Positions 7,241-15,948 of a stretch of DNA of 15,948 nt are shown in pieces. The position numbers and the translations under genes are program-made. The stretch is taken from IMG/VR virus record IMGVR_UViG_2617271049_000005. One strand, 5' to 3'. A model generated the notes under the pieces. The model saw nothing but the letters and a program-made list of their open reading frames with translations. It did no database searches and was not told where the DNA came from. The stretch comes from a virus. Its lineage: Duplodnaviria > Heunggongvirae > Uroviricota > Caudoviricetes. Each line of letters starts with the position of its first letter. Position 1 is the first letter of the stretch.

Positions 7241-9525
7241 CATGTCCACTCCATTACTGTTGAGAATCCCGGCCACTCATCAGCGACCGGATACGTGAAT
7301 TTTTTCCCGTCATAATTTACGGTTGCTCCACGCGCCAGCGCCTCAAGTTCCCATCGCTGAGGCCTGATACCGTTCTGAGCAAGGTCAACGCGGATACGGG
7401 TGATCTGCAATCGTTCAGACCTGGTCAGTCTGGCAGATGGTGCAATTTCATGCGGTTTTAACGGGCTTCCGTTTCTTTGCTGACGGTTTGGCGTTCTCAT
7501 GTCGTATTTTAATGCGCCCCTGAGCGCCCTCACGACCTCCGGTTCATTCCATTCAATAACACCGTCATCAACCAGATTAAGCACTGCTGCGGCGTGCTCA
7601 GAAGGTGTGGGAGCCGGTAACGAAGTATCACCACCGGTGAGCTTTCCACAGTTATTGACAGGACTCCGAGGCGCGGCGATGCCGCTTTTTAAAGTCAGAG
7701 GCTCAACGACCGGAACTTTCGGCACAATGCGCCAGTCCGTCGTTCTGGTGATATGAATATGACGCGCGCCGAGATGCGGCGCGTAAATGCCGACCACTCT
7801 CTCGACTTCTTCCTCGTACTCGTTAACTTCATCCGACGGACTACGGGCGACCCTGACAGTCTGACAATCGCGCGGGACATTTGCCCCACCCTGCGCGCTG
7901 ATATACAACGCAAAATCACCACTGTCTGCGGCGGCGCGTGCAGCCTCGACGCGCTCGTCAAACTCATCAGCAATGCTGACGCCGCGAGGCAATTTGCGTA
8001 GTTCACGGTAAGCCCCCATTGTCGGCAGACCAACCGTTTTAAATTGTGGGATGCGCCACGTTGACGCCCATGCGGTAACAGCCGCAGCAGTGTCTTTCAG
8101 CGGTCTGCCGGTATCGTTATCGAGCTGACCATCCAGTGCATAGCCATCGATGTTTTTTGAGATGTATTTCGCGATATACCCCGCAGCACCGCCCTGGTTA
8201 AGGTGTTTTGCCTGAAAACGGTTTCGCGCGGCTCCTCTTTCGTCGCCATCCTCTTTGAGCGCATAGCGACGCATGATTTCGATAATCTGGTTACGCTGGC
8301 GTGGATGACAAAAAAGCATCATATGCCAGTGCGGCGTTCCGTCGTGGTGTGGCTCGACGACACGCAAACCGTAGACCTGTAAATCATTATCCTTGAATGC
8401 CGTGCGCATCAGGCTCCAGATACGGCAGAGATAACGCTGCGCATCCTTTGGATTAAATGCCTCATCGTTCCAGCCGTGATTAAGCTGAACGGTTTTACTT
8501 TCGCCTTTTCCGACCTGACGTGTCGGGTGATACTTTGACGGCGCGGTCAGCGTGATAAACATCCCCAAATCACCCTCTGCGGCGGCGTAACGCTCAATAC
8601 CGGCAATGGTGTTCATCAGCTCCATCCGGCGAATTTCAGGATTAGAAATACTGCCCATCACCTTACTGATAAGGTCGATGCGCTCGCCGGTTTCCCTGTT
8701 TTCAAGGTCACACGATTTAAGAAATTCCAGATTTGCCTGGCGGCGTGCACGCACATCACGAATGGCATGTTTACTGGCATAAGGAGAACGGTCTTTATTC
8801 ACCTCCCCGACAGCAATCAGTAACGCCTCATGCCAGCGCATACGCTGGCCTTTGAGCTGATGAGTCCACCACTCATCGTTAAACAGACGGGCAATGGCAG
8901 AATATGCCTGCCTCGTGGTCATCTGTCCTTTACGGTATTTTTTCCAGTAAAGCGGGGAAATATTGAAAGCACGTGCAGCGCCAGCAACATGACCATAGAG
9001 GTGAGCCTGCGCCTCATCCGTAAACAGCGATTCTTTTTCGCCATGTGCATCCACCCAGGCATCGCTGAGTTCCTCATACATCATGAAAAGCTGCGATGAG
9101 ATACGGGCGGCAAACTTTTTCAGCTCCTTGTCATTCATTCCAGGCAGGCGCGCATAGTGGTCACGCTCTGCCAGAAACAGCAACGACGCGTCGGTGTTCA
9201 TTTCATGGCGCTGATTCACGCGCTCAATGCGCGGCCATAAACGACGCTGAAAAGTGGATGTGAGGAAATAAAACCCGTGCACCGGGCTTTTATTGCGCCG
9301 GATGTAGTCATAGCGTGAAGTAAACAGCGAACGCAAAAAGTAAGGCAGGCGGTTAATCGTGGATAAAACACCTTGCACCTGACGCATCTCGTCACGTGTA
9401 AGGGGTCTTTCGCGCCCGACGGCCTCGCGTGGCGCGTTCCATGCATAAGCACCGGTAAACATCTTACCGGTGCCTGCGGCAAATGCTGACGGAGGGACAA
9501 AACGCCCGGAGGCTTTAACGGCCAT
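7240..9525 (-). CDS. A: replication initiation endonuclease gpA (rolling-circle initiator)
   Basis: ORF 7240..9567. The internal ATG at 9525 (MAVKASGRFVPP...) gives 761 aa, the recalled size of P2 gpA. Largest early-operon gene, upstream of the tin/old cargo as in P2. Confidence 0.85.
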   Translation of the reverse strand: MAVKASGRFVPPSAFAAGTGKMFTGAYAWNAPREAVGRERPLTRDEMRQVQGVLSTINRLPYFLRSLFTSRYDYIRRNKSPVHGFYFLTSTFQRRLWPRIERVNQRHEMNTDASLLFLAERDHYARLPGMNDKELKKFAARISSQLFMMYEELSDAWVDAHGEKESLFTDEAQAHLYGHVAGAARAFNISPLYWKKYRKGQMTTRQAYSAIARLFNDEWWTHQLKGQRMRWHEALLIAVGEVNKDRSPYASKHAIRDVRARRQANLEFLKSCDLENRETGERIDLISKVMGSISNPEIRRMELMNTIAGIERYAAAEGDLGMFITLTAPSKYHPTRQVGKGESKTVQLNHGWNDEAFNPKDAQRYLCRIWSLMRTAFKDNDLQVYGLRVVEPHHDGTPHWHMMLFCHPRQRNQIIEIMRRYALKEDGDERGAARNRFQAKHLNQGGAAGYIAKYISKNIDGYALDGQLDNDTGRPLKDTAAAVTAWASTWRIPQFKTVGLPTMGAYRELRKLPRGVSIADEFDERVEAARAAADSGDFALYISAQGGANVPRDCQTVRVARSPSDEVNEYEEEVERVVGIYAPHLGARHIHITRTTDWRIVPKVPVVEPLTLKSGIAAPRSPVNNCGKLTGGDTSLPAPTPSEHAAAVLNLVDDGVIEWNEPEVVRALRGALKYDMRTPNRQQRNGSPLKPHEIAPSARLTRSERLQITRIRVDLAQNGIRPQRWELEALARGATVNYDGKKFTYPVADEWPGFSTVMEWT

Positions 9526-9790
9526 ATGAGCCAAAAGCCTCTGAACAACGCTTGCTGAGTTGCTCAACCTGCACGTTTAAATCAGCAAAAGACTTTGCGC
9601 TTCCGGTCAGAATATCGTGATGCATCAGGCCTGAAACGAGCTGGCTTAATTTCGGGTAATAACCAACCACCGCCAGCCATTCCTGACCGGCGTTTTTACC
9701 GCTTTCCGCTCTCTTTTTCTCGTGGAGAATAAACTGAAAGCTGTCACTGGTAACGACATAACGTTCGCCAATTTCAATACGAATACTCAT
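9515..9790 (-). CDS. small early-operon protein (P2 orf83 position)
   Basis: 91-aa ORF whose ATG overlaps the orf82 stop (ATGA) and whose 3' end overlaps the A start by about 11 nt. Assigned by synteny. Confidence 0.5.
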   Translation of the reverse strand: MSIRIEIGERYVVTSDSFQFILHEKKRAESGKNAGQEWLAVVGYYPKLSQLVSGLMHHDILTGSAKSFADLNVQVEQLSKRCSEAFGSYGR

Positions 9791-10011
9791 GCCGTTCTCC
9801 GGTAATGTTTGTTTTTTGCTTCAAAGACTGACTGACAGGAAACACAACGCGTGGCTGACGGGTAAGCCGCACGACGGGCAGCAGGTATTGGCGCGTCACA
9901 CTCTTCGCAAACCAGCGCAGAAGCACCGCAATGTTTTACCCTTGCCGCGTTAATCTGACGCTCCAGTAATTCAGCCTGTTGTTCCTGAATAAAATCTACG
10001 TTGTCCGGCAT
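9787..10011 (-). CDS. C4 zinc-finger protein, TraR/DksA-like (P2 orf82 position)
   Basis: 74 aa with CxxC...CxxC (VCEECDAPIP...TRCVSCQSV). AAGGAA SD-like sequence upstream of the ATG at 10011..10009. Confidence 0.65.
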   Translation of the reverse strand: MPDNVDFIQEQQAELLERQINAARVKHCGASALVCEECDAPIPAARRAAYPSATRCVSCQSVFEAKNKHYRRTA

Positions 10012-10084
10012 TACCAGTTCCTTTTGTCGTTCAGTTTTTTAAATTCATCAGCGCAATAGCTGGCGATTTCTGTCGTTAATTTCG

Positions 10085-10321
10085 TCAGTTCATCCACGGA
10101 GGAAATTTGCTTGTGAAATACAGCGCGTTTAACAAGTAAATTGACCACATCAGACNNNNNNNNNNGTTTAATTCACTCTGATAAATCGCGATAACAGATT
10201 CAGTTATTTCGCGTTTTTCTTTATCAAGACCAAGTTGAATAAGAGACAAATCGCCATTTTTCATAACGGCGATTTTTAAGGCGTTATTCAGTAATACAAC
10301 TGAACGAGAACAGGACATCAA
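10085..10321 (-). CDS. small early-operon protein (P2 orf81 position); interrupted by N run
   Basis: 78-aa ORF with ATG overlapping the orf80 stop. Contains the N run at 10156..10165, so length and frame downstream of the gap are uncertain. Confidence 0.4.
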
Positions 10322-10542
10322 AGCACCTCCCCGCGAGACAATCCGATATTGTGAAATTTTTCCGACTCCTGACTGAGCAGCTCGACTATCTCCACGCGGG
10401 ATAACTCCGCCTTTGTGATGTGGCGAATCATGGCGTCAAGATGAGAAGAAAAGCGCGTCGCTGCGTCGGCCTGTGCTTCGGTTCTGGCCTGTTGCAGCAG
10501 TAATGCGTATATACCGCACTGATTTTCAGAAACTGTATGCAT
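10318..10542 (-). CDS. small early-operon protein (P2 orf80 position)
   Basis: The ORF track starts at a TTG (10575). The internal ATG at 10542..10540 has a GGAG SD about 6 nt upstream and gives 74 aa ([12 protein letters not shown]...). Confidence 0.5.
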
Positions 10543-10605
10543 AACTTTCTCCAGGCAAAAAGAAGCCCCGCACAATTAAGTGCGTTAAAAACTCTGGTTA
10601 ATTAC

Positions 10606-11106
10606 TTAATGCAGATATTGCTCCGGTTTTACCGACGTCAGAATTGTCGGTGCATACTCAAACAGACTGAATAATTCACGTAATGCACGGAATAAAGCAT
10701 CACGCCAGTAACATGACTCTTCATTAATTCGCCAGTATGGCTGGTTGAATTCTTTTTCAGTCAATCCGGCATGCATAAATAAAGTACGACGCTGACTGAC
10801 TGTTAAAAAACTAATATATGCATACTCACTTGCGCCAACCTGACGGCGTTTTGAGAATGCACCACGCAATTCATCAATTGCACATACCAGTCGTTCACGT
10901 TCGACGTCGTTCATTTCTTCAAAACACATCGTTGCGTGACGCTGTTTTAACTGAGCATGGAAGCAAACCGTTAACCGTTCGCGCTCCATCATCTGATTAT
11001 AATAATCACATGTATCCTGCCAGCGAGGAACGGCAAGATGCTTACCAATTATCCGGCGCATAGCTGCTGGCTGTTTTTCAACGAGATTGAGCGTCATCAC
11101 TGTCAT
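10606..11106 (-). CDS. B: replication protein gpB
   Basis: ORF 10606..11112. The second ATG (11106, MTVMTLNL...) has a GGAGG SD at about 8 nt and gives 166 aa, the recalled size of P2 B. Position between cox/orf78 and A. Confidence 0.65.
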   Translation of the reverse strand: MTVMTLNLVEKQPAAMRRIIGKHLAVPRWQDTCDYYNQMMERERLTVCFHAQLKQRHATMCFEEMNDVERERLVCAIDELRGAFSKRRQVGASEYAYISFLTVSQRRTLFMHAGLTEKEFNQPYWRINEESCYWRDALFRALRELFSLFEYAPTILTSVKPEQYLH

Positions 11107-11273
11107 TTCCATACCCTCCGGCTTTTCAGAAAGGTCAGAGCCTTTTTTAACGGACTCTGTTTTTTGGTGCGGATAATGATTCCCTTACGCCCCTTACCGT
11201 GGGTGATGGTGAAGTCAATCGCCCTGGGGCTTTCGTTACGCAGTAACTGAGCAATACAACGAGGCTCATTCAT
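11103..11273 (-). CDS. small early-operon protein (P2 orf78 position)
   Basis: Internal ATG at 11273..11271 (MNEPRCIAQ...) is preceded by AGGAGA at 5 nt and gives 56 aa. Its stop overlaps the B start. Confidence 0.45.
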   Translation of the reverse strand: MNEPRCIAQLLRNESPRAIDFTITHGKGRKGIIIRTKKQSPLKKALTFLKSRRVWK

Positions 11274-11283
11274 ACGGTTCTCC

Positions 11284-11559
11284 TTAACGTGGTTCACCGA
11301 GACCTAACCACATCAACCAGCCGTCACGAATCTCTTTAGGGCGGCTTTCATAAGCCAGTTTTAGTCCGTTATTCCATGCCGGAAGGTATACCCAATATTC
11401 ACCTGCACGACCTGAAGCTGATTGTGGATCGGTCATATCAATTACAGGCAGCTTTCCTTTATCGATCATCCGACGAACCGCTCCTGTCGATTTTCCTATT
11501 AGTTTTGCGAACTCCTGATAAGGAATCGCATCAGTCATGAGTGTTACTTGCTTGCTCAT
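11284..11559 (-). CDS. cox: Cox (excisionase / lytic-switch repressor of Pc)
   Basis: 91 aa, the recalled size of P2 Cox. First gene of the early operon, divergent from C. Confidence 0.75.
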   Translation of the reverse strand: MSKQVTLMTDAIPYQEFAKLIGKSTGAVRRMIDKGKLPVIDMTDPQSASGRAGEYWVYLPAWNNGLKLAYESRPKEIRDGWLMWLGLGEPR

Positions 11560-11673
11560 GTCGTCCTCTAGCCCTCATGAATTGCGTTTAATGTCTTATA
11601 ATGCCTTTTAGTGCCCACATCCAAGCACTAAACAATCTACATCTAAACTAAATACTATTGAGATCTAAACACC
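11560..11673. promoter_or_regulatory. immunity switch region (face-to-face Pe/Pc promoters with C-repressor operator repeats)
   Basis: Intergenic between cox (minus) and C (plus). Direct repeats ATCTAAAC at 11641..11648 and 11663..11670 (22 bp centre to centre) plus a degenerate copy CACTAAAC at 11627..11634; the repeats flank a -10-like TAGTAT on the minus strand. TATAAT at 11597..11602 on the plus strand. Confidence 0.5.
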
Positions 11674-11973
11674 ATGTCAAACACGATAAGCGAGAAGATA
11701 GTCTTAATGCGAAAATCAGAGTATTTGAGCAGACAACAACTTGCTGATTTAACAGGGGTTCCGTATGGCACGCTGAGTTACTATGAAAGTGGTCGTTCAA
11801 CACCTCCAACAGATGTCATGATGAACATCCTGCAGACCCCACAATTCACCAAATACACTTTATGGTTCATGACCAATCAGATCGCTCCTGAGTCCGGGCA
11901 AATTGCGCCCGCTCTCGCACACTTTGGGCAAAACGAAACAACGTCGCCCCACTCCGGTCAAAAGACTGGTTAA
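11674..11973 (+). CDS. C: immunity repressor C (HTH)
   Basis: 99 aa, the recalled size of P2 C. HTH-like segment LSRQQLADLTGVPYGTLSYYESG. Immediately upstream of int on the same strand. Confidence 0.8.
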   Translation: MSNTISEKIVLMRKSEYLSRQQLADLTGVPYGTLSYYESGRSTPPTDVMMNILQTPQFTKYTLWFMTNQIAPESGQIAPALAHFGQNETTSPHSGQKTG

Positions 11974-12088
11974 CAATTCATCGTGAATATATTCATCACA
12001 AGTGCCTACTATTGGTGGCTAAATTTCAGCCACCACGAAAAAAGCGATTAGTAGTCGCAAAAAAACACACCACTCGGAGGGTTTTCTG

Positions 12089-13102
12089 ATGGCAATCAAA
12101 AAACTCGATGATGGTCGATATGAAGTGGACATCCGCCCTACTGGACGTAATGGAAAACGCATCCGTAGGAAGTTTGATAAGAAAAGCGAAGCTGTCGCTT
12201 TCGAGAAATACACGTTGTACAACCACCACAATAAAGAATGGCTATCAAAACCAACAGACAAGCGACGTCTGTCGGAGCTGACACAGATCTGGTGGGATTT
12301 AAAGGGTAAACACGAAGAGCATGGGAAATCTAATCTTGGAAAAATTGAAATCTTCACAAAAATAACGAATGACCCATGCGCATTTCAAATTACGAAATCG
12401 CTTATCAGCCAGTACTGCGCCACACGAAGAAGTCAGGGTATTAAACCTTCGAGTATCAATCGTGATTTAACATGTATTAGCGGCATGTTTACAGCCCTGA
12501 TTGAAGCGGAGTTATTCTTTGGTGAGCACCCTATCAGAGGGACAAAAAGGCTTAAGGAGGAAAAACCAGAAACAGGCTATCTAACACAGGAAGAAATTGC
12601 CTTACTGCTTGCAGCACTTGACGGCGACAATAAAAAGATTGCGATTCTTTGCCTGAGTACAGGAGCACGTTGGGGAGAAGCAGCTCGTTTGAAAGCAGAA
12701 AATATCATCCATAACCGCGTCACGTTTGTTAAAACGAAAACAAACAAACCACGCACCGTCCCGATCTCAGAGGCTGTTGCCAAAATGATCGCGGATAACA
12801 AACGAGGTTTTTTATTCCCTGATGCTGATTACCCTCGCTTCAGACGAACAATGAAAGCAATAAAACCGGATTTGCCAATGGGGCAAGCCACACATGCACT
12901 AAGGCACAGCTTTGCCACTCATTTCATGATTAATGGAGGAAGTATTATCACGCTACAACGGATACTAGGTCACACGCGGATTGAGCAAACTATGGTTTAC
13001 GCTCATTTTGCGCCAGAGTACCTTCAGGACGCCATTTCTCTTAATCCGCTAAGAGGTGGTACTGAGGCCGAGAGTGTCCACACAGTGTCCACAGTAGAGT
13101 AA
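12089..13102 (+). CDS. int: tyrosine integrase
   Basis: 337 aa, the recalled size of P2 Int. C-terminal catalytic region HALRHSFATHFMINGGSIITLQRILGHTRIEQTMVYAH with conserved R, H-x-x-R and Y. GGAGGG SD 8 nt before ATG. Adjacent to the att core. Confidence 0.9.
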   Translation: MAIKKLDDGRYEVDIRPTGRNGKRIRRKFDKKSEAVAFEKYTLYNHHNKEWLSKPTDKRRLSELTQIWWDLKGKHEEHGKSNLGKIEIFTKITNDPCAFQITKSLISQYCATRRSQGIKPSSINRDLTCISGMFTALIEAELFFGEHPIRGTKRLKEEKPETGYLTQEEIALLLAALDGDNKKIAILCLSTGARWGEAARLKAENIIHNRVTFVKTKTNKPRTVPISEAVAKMIADNKRGFLFPDADYPRFRRTMKAIKPDLPMGQATHALRHSFATHFMINGGSIITLQRILGHTRIEQTMVYAHFAPEYLQDAISLNPLRGGTEAESVHTVSTVE

Positions 13103-13182
13103 CGTTTAAGGGCTTTCAGTGGTAATTTATGCCGCTCAAACCCGCATTGTACCGTTGAAAGCCCCTACTGGTGACACCCTAA

Positions 13183-13209
13183 ATCTCCCTTACACGGGCT
13201 TATTTTTTA
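13183..13209. other. att: phage attachment core (prophage/host junction)
   Basis: AATCTCCCTTACACGGGCTTATTTTTT is the exact reverse complement of the 27-bp P2 att core as I recall it (AAAAAATAAGCCCGTGTAAGGGAGATT). It lies about 80 bp past the int stop, with host genes beyond. Confidence 0.65.
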
Positions 13210-13366
13210 TGCATAAGCCCTATCCCTGGTCACCGTCTTCCATTGACCACATCGATAGAATCCTCCTTCATAGCACGATGCCTTACACTTATCGGCATCG
13301 TGCTCCCACAGGTTCCGGCTACGCACAGCCAGAACGCGCATATTTGACGCTTACCAAAAAATATTC

Positions 13367-13684
13367 TCACTCTCCACATTTGAATGTCAGACGAGCGACG
13401 CCATGTAATCCTGCACCTTCTGTCTTCAGGTCAACTATCTGCATTTTTTTGCCCTGAGTAACACAGAAATGGGCTGCATCATTTTTTACTATATTTTCTG
13501 CACCAGATATTCTGCCCCTGGATAAAGAAGCTTCGGCTTCGGTGTAGTATTGGTTATCGAGTTTACGCTGAATATTACTTTTATATGCAAGGCCAAATTT
13601 ACCGATACTTGTCTCATCATTATGCACAGCACAACCAGACATAAGAAAAACACTAATTAATGATATAGCAGCTATCTTGTTCAC
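13367..13684 (-). CDS. yegR: small lipoprotein YegR (host)
   Basis: ORF 13367..13744. A GTG start at 13684 gives about 105 aa with a signal peptide and lipobox-like ...ISLISVFLMSGC. Sits next to yegS as in the E. coli chromosome. The ATG 5 codons upstream (110 aa) is an alternative. Confidence 0.55.
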   Translation of the reverse strand: MNKIAAISLISVFLMSGCAVHNDETSIGKFGLAYKSNIQRKLDNQYYTEAEASLSRGRISGAENIVKNDAAHFCVTQGKKMQIVDLKTEGAGLHGVARLTFKCGE

Positions 13685-14089
13685 CTCACCTTCCCCCATT
13701 AAATACCAACGACACTCTCTAGTGTTTAAATATAATAATGGCATGATTATTATAATTGAATAGGATTATAATAAATGTTCTGTACAACATTTCCTACATA
13801 AGTAGGAATTACGGACATGGAGGCCCTTCCGGGTAACTCTATGGGGGCTTTAATATATTATATTGAAGATGCCACTGTTTAGTTGAATATTAGGTATATG
13901 CTCTTTTTTGAAATTTATCGGTGGCTGCCGTTAGTATTCGCTGTCCCCATTGCAAGCTCCTGGTGGTAACCACTGAATCCTCCATACTTGAACTGACTTT
14001 TTATCCTCCGACTTTCATCCTGTTCTGACTCCACCTTTTCTTTTCTGCTCTACACTATCTACAGACCAATCATAAAGGCACATACGATC

Positions 14090-14989
14090 ATGGCAGAATT
14101 TCCCGCCAGCTTACTGATTCTTAATGGCAAAAGTACTGACAATTTACCATTGCGCGAAGCAATTATGCTGTTGCGTGAGGAAGGAATGACAATCCATGTG
14201 CGGGTCACCTGGGAGAAAGGCGATGCCGCACGATATGTAGAGGAGGCCCGGAAGTTGGGCGTCGCGACGGTGATTGCCGGTGGTGGCGATGGCACCATTA
14301 ATGAAGTTTCTACGGCGTTGATTCAGTGTGAGGGGGATGACATACCCACGCTGGGAATTTTGCCATTAGGAACCGCCAATGATTTTGCCACCAGTGTAGG
14401 GATTCCTGAGGCACTGGATAAGGCGCTGAAACTGGCAATTGCCGGTAACGCCATTGCGATAGATATGGCGCAGGTCAACAAACAAACCTGTTTTATTAAT
14501 ATGGCGACAGGCGGATTTGGGACGCGTATTACCACAGAAACGCCGGAAAAATTAAAAGCCGCGCTGGGTGGCGTCTCTTACATCATTCATGGCTTAATGC
14601 GCATGGATACTCTGCAACCGGACCGTTGTGAAATCCGCGGTGAAAACTTTCACTGGCAAGGTGACGCCCTGGTCATTGGTATTGGTAACGGGCGTCAGGC
14701 CGGTGGCGGTCAACAATTGTGCCCGAACGCGTTAATTAACGATGGCTTGCTGCAACTGCGCATTTTTACCGGCGATGAAATTCTTCCAGCTCTCGTATCA
14801 ACCTTAAAATCTGACGAAGATAACCCGAATATTATCGAAGGCGCTTCGTCGTGGTTTGATATACAAGCCCCACACGAAATCACTTTTAATCTTGATGGCG
14901 AACCGTTGAGTGGGCAAAACTTCCATATTGAAATACTTCCGGCGGCGTTGCGTTGTCGATTACCACCAGATTGTCCATTATTGCGCTAA
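14090..14989 (+). CDS. yegS: lipid kinase YegS (DAGK_cat family)
   Basis: 299 aa. N-terminus [15 protein letters not shown]... and the GGDGT motif ([13 protein letters not shown]) match E. coli YegS as recalled. Confidence 0.85.
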   Translation: MAEFPASLLILNGKSTDNLPLREAIMLLREEGMTIHVRVTWEKGDAARYVEEARKLGVATVIAGGGDGTINEVSTALIQCEGDDIPTLGILPLGTANDFATSVGIPEALDKALKLAIAGNAIAIDMAQVNKQTCFINMATGGFGTRITTETPEKLKAALGGVSYIIHGLMRMDTLQPDRCEIRGENFHWQGDALVIGIGNGRQAGGGQQLCPNALINDGLLQLRIFTGDEILPALVSTLKSDEDNPNIIEGASSWFDIQAPHEITFNLDGEPLSGQNFHIEILPAALRCRLPPDCPLLR

Positions 14990-15027
14990 TCAAACTATTC
15001 TCTCTTGAACCAGGGAGAATCCGTAAT

Positions 15028-15061
15028 GCCGGATGCGGTGTAAACACCTTATCCGGCATAC
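15028..15061. repeat. REP (repetitive extragenic palindromic) element
   Basis: GCCGGATGCGGTGTAAACACCTTATCCGGCATAC closely resembles the E. coli REP consensus GCCGGATGCGGCGTGAACGCCTTATCCGGCCTAC. Lies between convergent yegS and gatR. Confidence 0.6.
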
Positions 15062-15070
15062 AGAACAATA

Positions 15071-15850
15071 CTACACCGTAATTAATTTTACCCGTGTCTT
15101 CTGCAATGCCAGTTTATCCACATCTGACACGGCATCATCGGTAATAATAATGTCAATTTTTTCGATTGGCAGTACCTGATTAAAACCGCGACGGTTAAAT
15201 TTCGATGAATCGAGAACGGCAATCACTTTATTAGCGGCGGTGACCATCGCCCCGCTAATCGAATAACCTTCATTAAAGGTCGTAATACCATTAACCGCAT
15301 CAATACCATCAGCACCGACAAACATTAAATCGGCATTAATATCCTGCAATGAACGCTCGGCAATGGAACCATGCATCGAGCGCGTTTTATGGCGGACCGT
15401 GCCACCGCAGACGACCAGAGTAATGTCTTTATTTTCGGAAAGGGCAAACGCTGCCGGGAGACTGTTGGTAATCACCGTGATATTTTTGGCGGTCATTAAT
15501 CCTTCGGCGATAAGCATTGTCGTACTTCCGCTGTCGAGAATAACGGTCATCCCTTCGTGGATCATTTTGACTGCCGCCTGCGCTATTCTGTTTTTTGGCG
15601 CGCTGGCGAGCTGAAATCGCTCTTTAAACCCGACTTCCTGGGTCTCGGTTTCACTATTACCGGACATTATTTTCGCCGCACCGCCATGAAAGCGCGTAAC
15701 CACACCTTTTTGTTCGAGAAAGCGCAAATCGGCACGGATTGTCGCTTCCGAGGCAGCAAATACTCCCGCCAGATCCTGAACAAGCACGGTTCCCTGTTCA
15801 TTCACTAATTGGATGATCTTATTCCTTCGCTCGAATGAATTCATCGTCAT
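15071..15850 (-). CDS. gatR: DeoR-family transcriptional repressor, galactitol operon repressor GatR-like (intact)
   Basis: 259 aa. N-terminal HTH (IIQLVNEQGTVLVQDLAGVFAASEATIRADLRFLEQKG) and DeoR C-terminal sugar-phosphate-binding domain. Adjacent to yegS as in E. coli. True start may be the second ATG (MNSFERR...). Confidence 0.75.
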   Translation of the reverse strand: MTMNSFERRNKIIQLVNEQGTVLVQDLAGVFAASEATIRADLRFLEQKGVVTRFHGGAAKIMSGNSETETQEVGFKERFQLASAPKNRIAQAAVKMIHEGMTVILDSGSTTMLIAEGLMTAKNITVITNSLPAAFALSENKDITLVVCGGTVRHKTRSMHGSIAERSLQDINADLMFVGADGIDAVNGITTFNEGYSISGAMVTAANKVIAVLDSSKFNRRGFNQVLPIEKIDIIITDDAVSDVDKLALQKTRVKLITV

Positions 15851-15948
15851 TTACCCATATTCAATTGTGGCTAGTGTAAACGAAGGGGGACCATTGGTGA
15901 ATGATCTGTTTTGCACAATACCGGGCCAGCATCTCGCTGGCCCGAGGT

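Larger units (their letters stand above)
1..13209. mobile_element. P2-type prophage, int-proximal part (late genes O/P/Q, cos, tin/old-position cargo, early operon, C, int, att core); continues beyond window start
   Basis: Gene order and strands match the P2 prophage map (attL-int-C-cox-B-A-tin-old-cos-Q-P-O) read in reverse. Exact matches to the recalled P2 cos 19-mer and 27-bp att core. Host genes yegR/yegS begin right after the att core. Confidence 0.85.

Noticed and set aside
7115-9548. ORFs 7115..7315(+), 7499..7756(+), 7695..8033(-), 7753..8001(+), 8830..9099(+), 9216..9548(-)
   Set aside because: Embedded in or antisense to the A gene or the orf91-like gene.
10818-11250. Plus-strand ORFs 10818..11063 and 11038..11250
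   Set aside because: Antisense to B and orf78 within the tightly packed early operon.
12019-12801. Minus-strand ORFs 12019..12357, 12026..12229, 12577..12801
   Set aside because: Antisense to int or overlapping the C-int intergenic region. No RBS and no conserved motifs.
13119-13457. 112-aa plus-strand ORF spanning the att core
   Set aside because: Crosses the phage/host junction and overlaps the yegR 3' end, so it cannot be a conserved gene. Likely spurious.
14996-15027. Imperfect hairpin (ATTCTC...GAGAAT) just after the yegS stop
   Set aside because: Short, mismatched stem with no T-run. Too weak to call as a terminator; the neighbouring REP element is the better-supported structure.
14059-15068. 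Minus-strand ORFs 14059..14298, 14323..14535, 14886..15068
   Set aside because: Antisense to or overlapping yegS. The last also overlaps the REP element.
15363-15808. Plus-strand ORFs 15363..15614 and 15557..15808
   Set aside because: Antisense within gatR.
1-15948. Looked for CRISPR arrays, tRNA/rRNA genes and IS elements
   Set aside because: No regularly spaced direct repeats with unique spacers, no tRNA-like cloverleaf candidates at the att site (the att core is intergenic next to yegR), and no transposase-like ORFs or terminal inverted repeats were found.

Overview
The window holds the int-proximal ~13.2 kb of a P2-type (Peduovirus) prophage, ending at a phage att core at 13183..13209, followed by E. 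coli chromosome (yegR, yegS, a REP element, gatR). No database search was possible; all calls rest on reading the ORF translations and on recalled P2 sequences and gene sizes. Left to right: late genes O (minus), P and Q (plus), a 19-nt cos match, an AT-rich two-gene cargo cassette in the P2 tin/old position, then the early operon on the minus strand (orf91-like, A, orf83, orf82, orf81, orf80, B, orf78, cox), the immunity switch, and C and int on the plus strand. The cargo is an OLD-family ATPase-TOPRIM nuclease (586 aa) and a 253-aa protein with a PD-(D/E)xK-like motif. This is the most interesting region, but it is most likely the already described P2 old/tin pair rather than a new system; I could not confirm identity without an alignment. 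Two 10-nt N runs (3782..3791, 10156..10165) make the Q 3' end and orf81 uncertain. No rRNA, tRNA, CRISPR array or IS element was seen.
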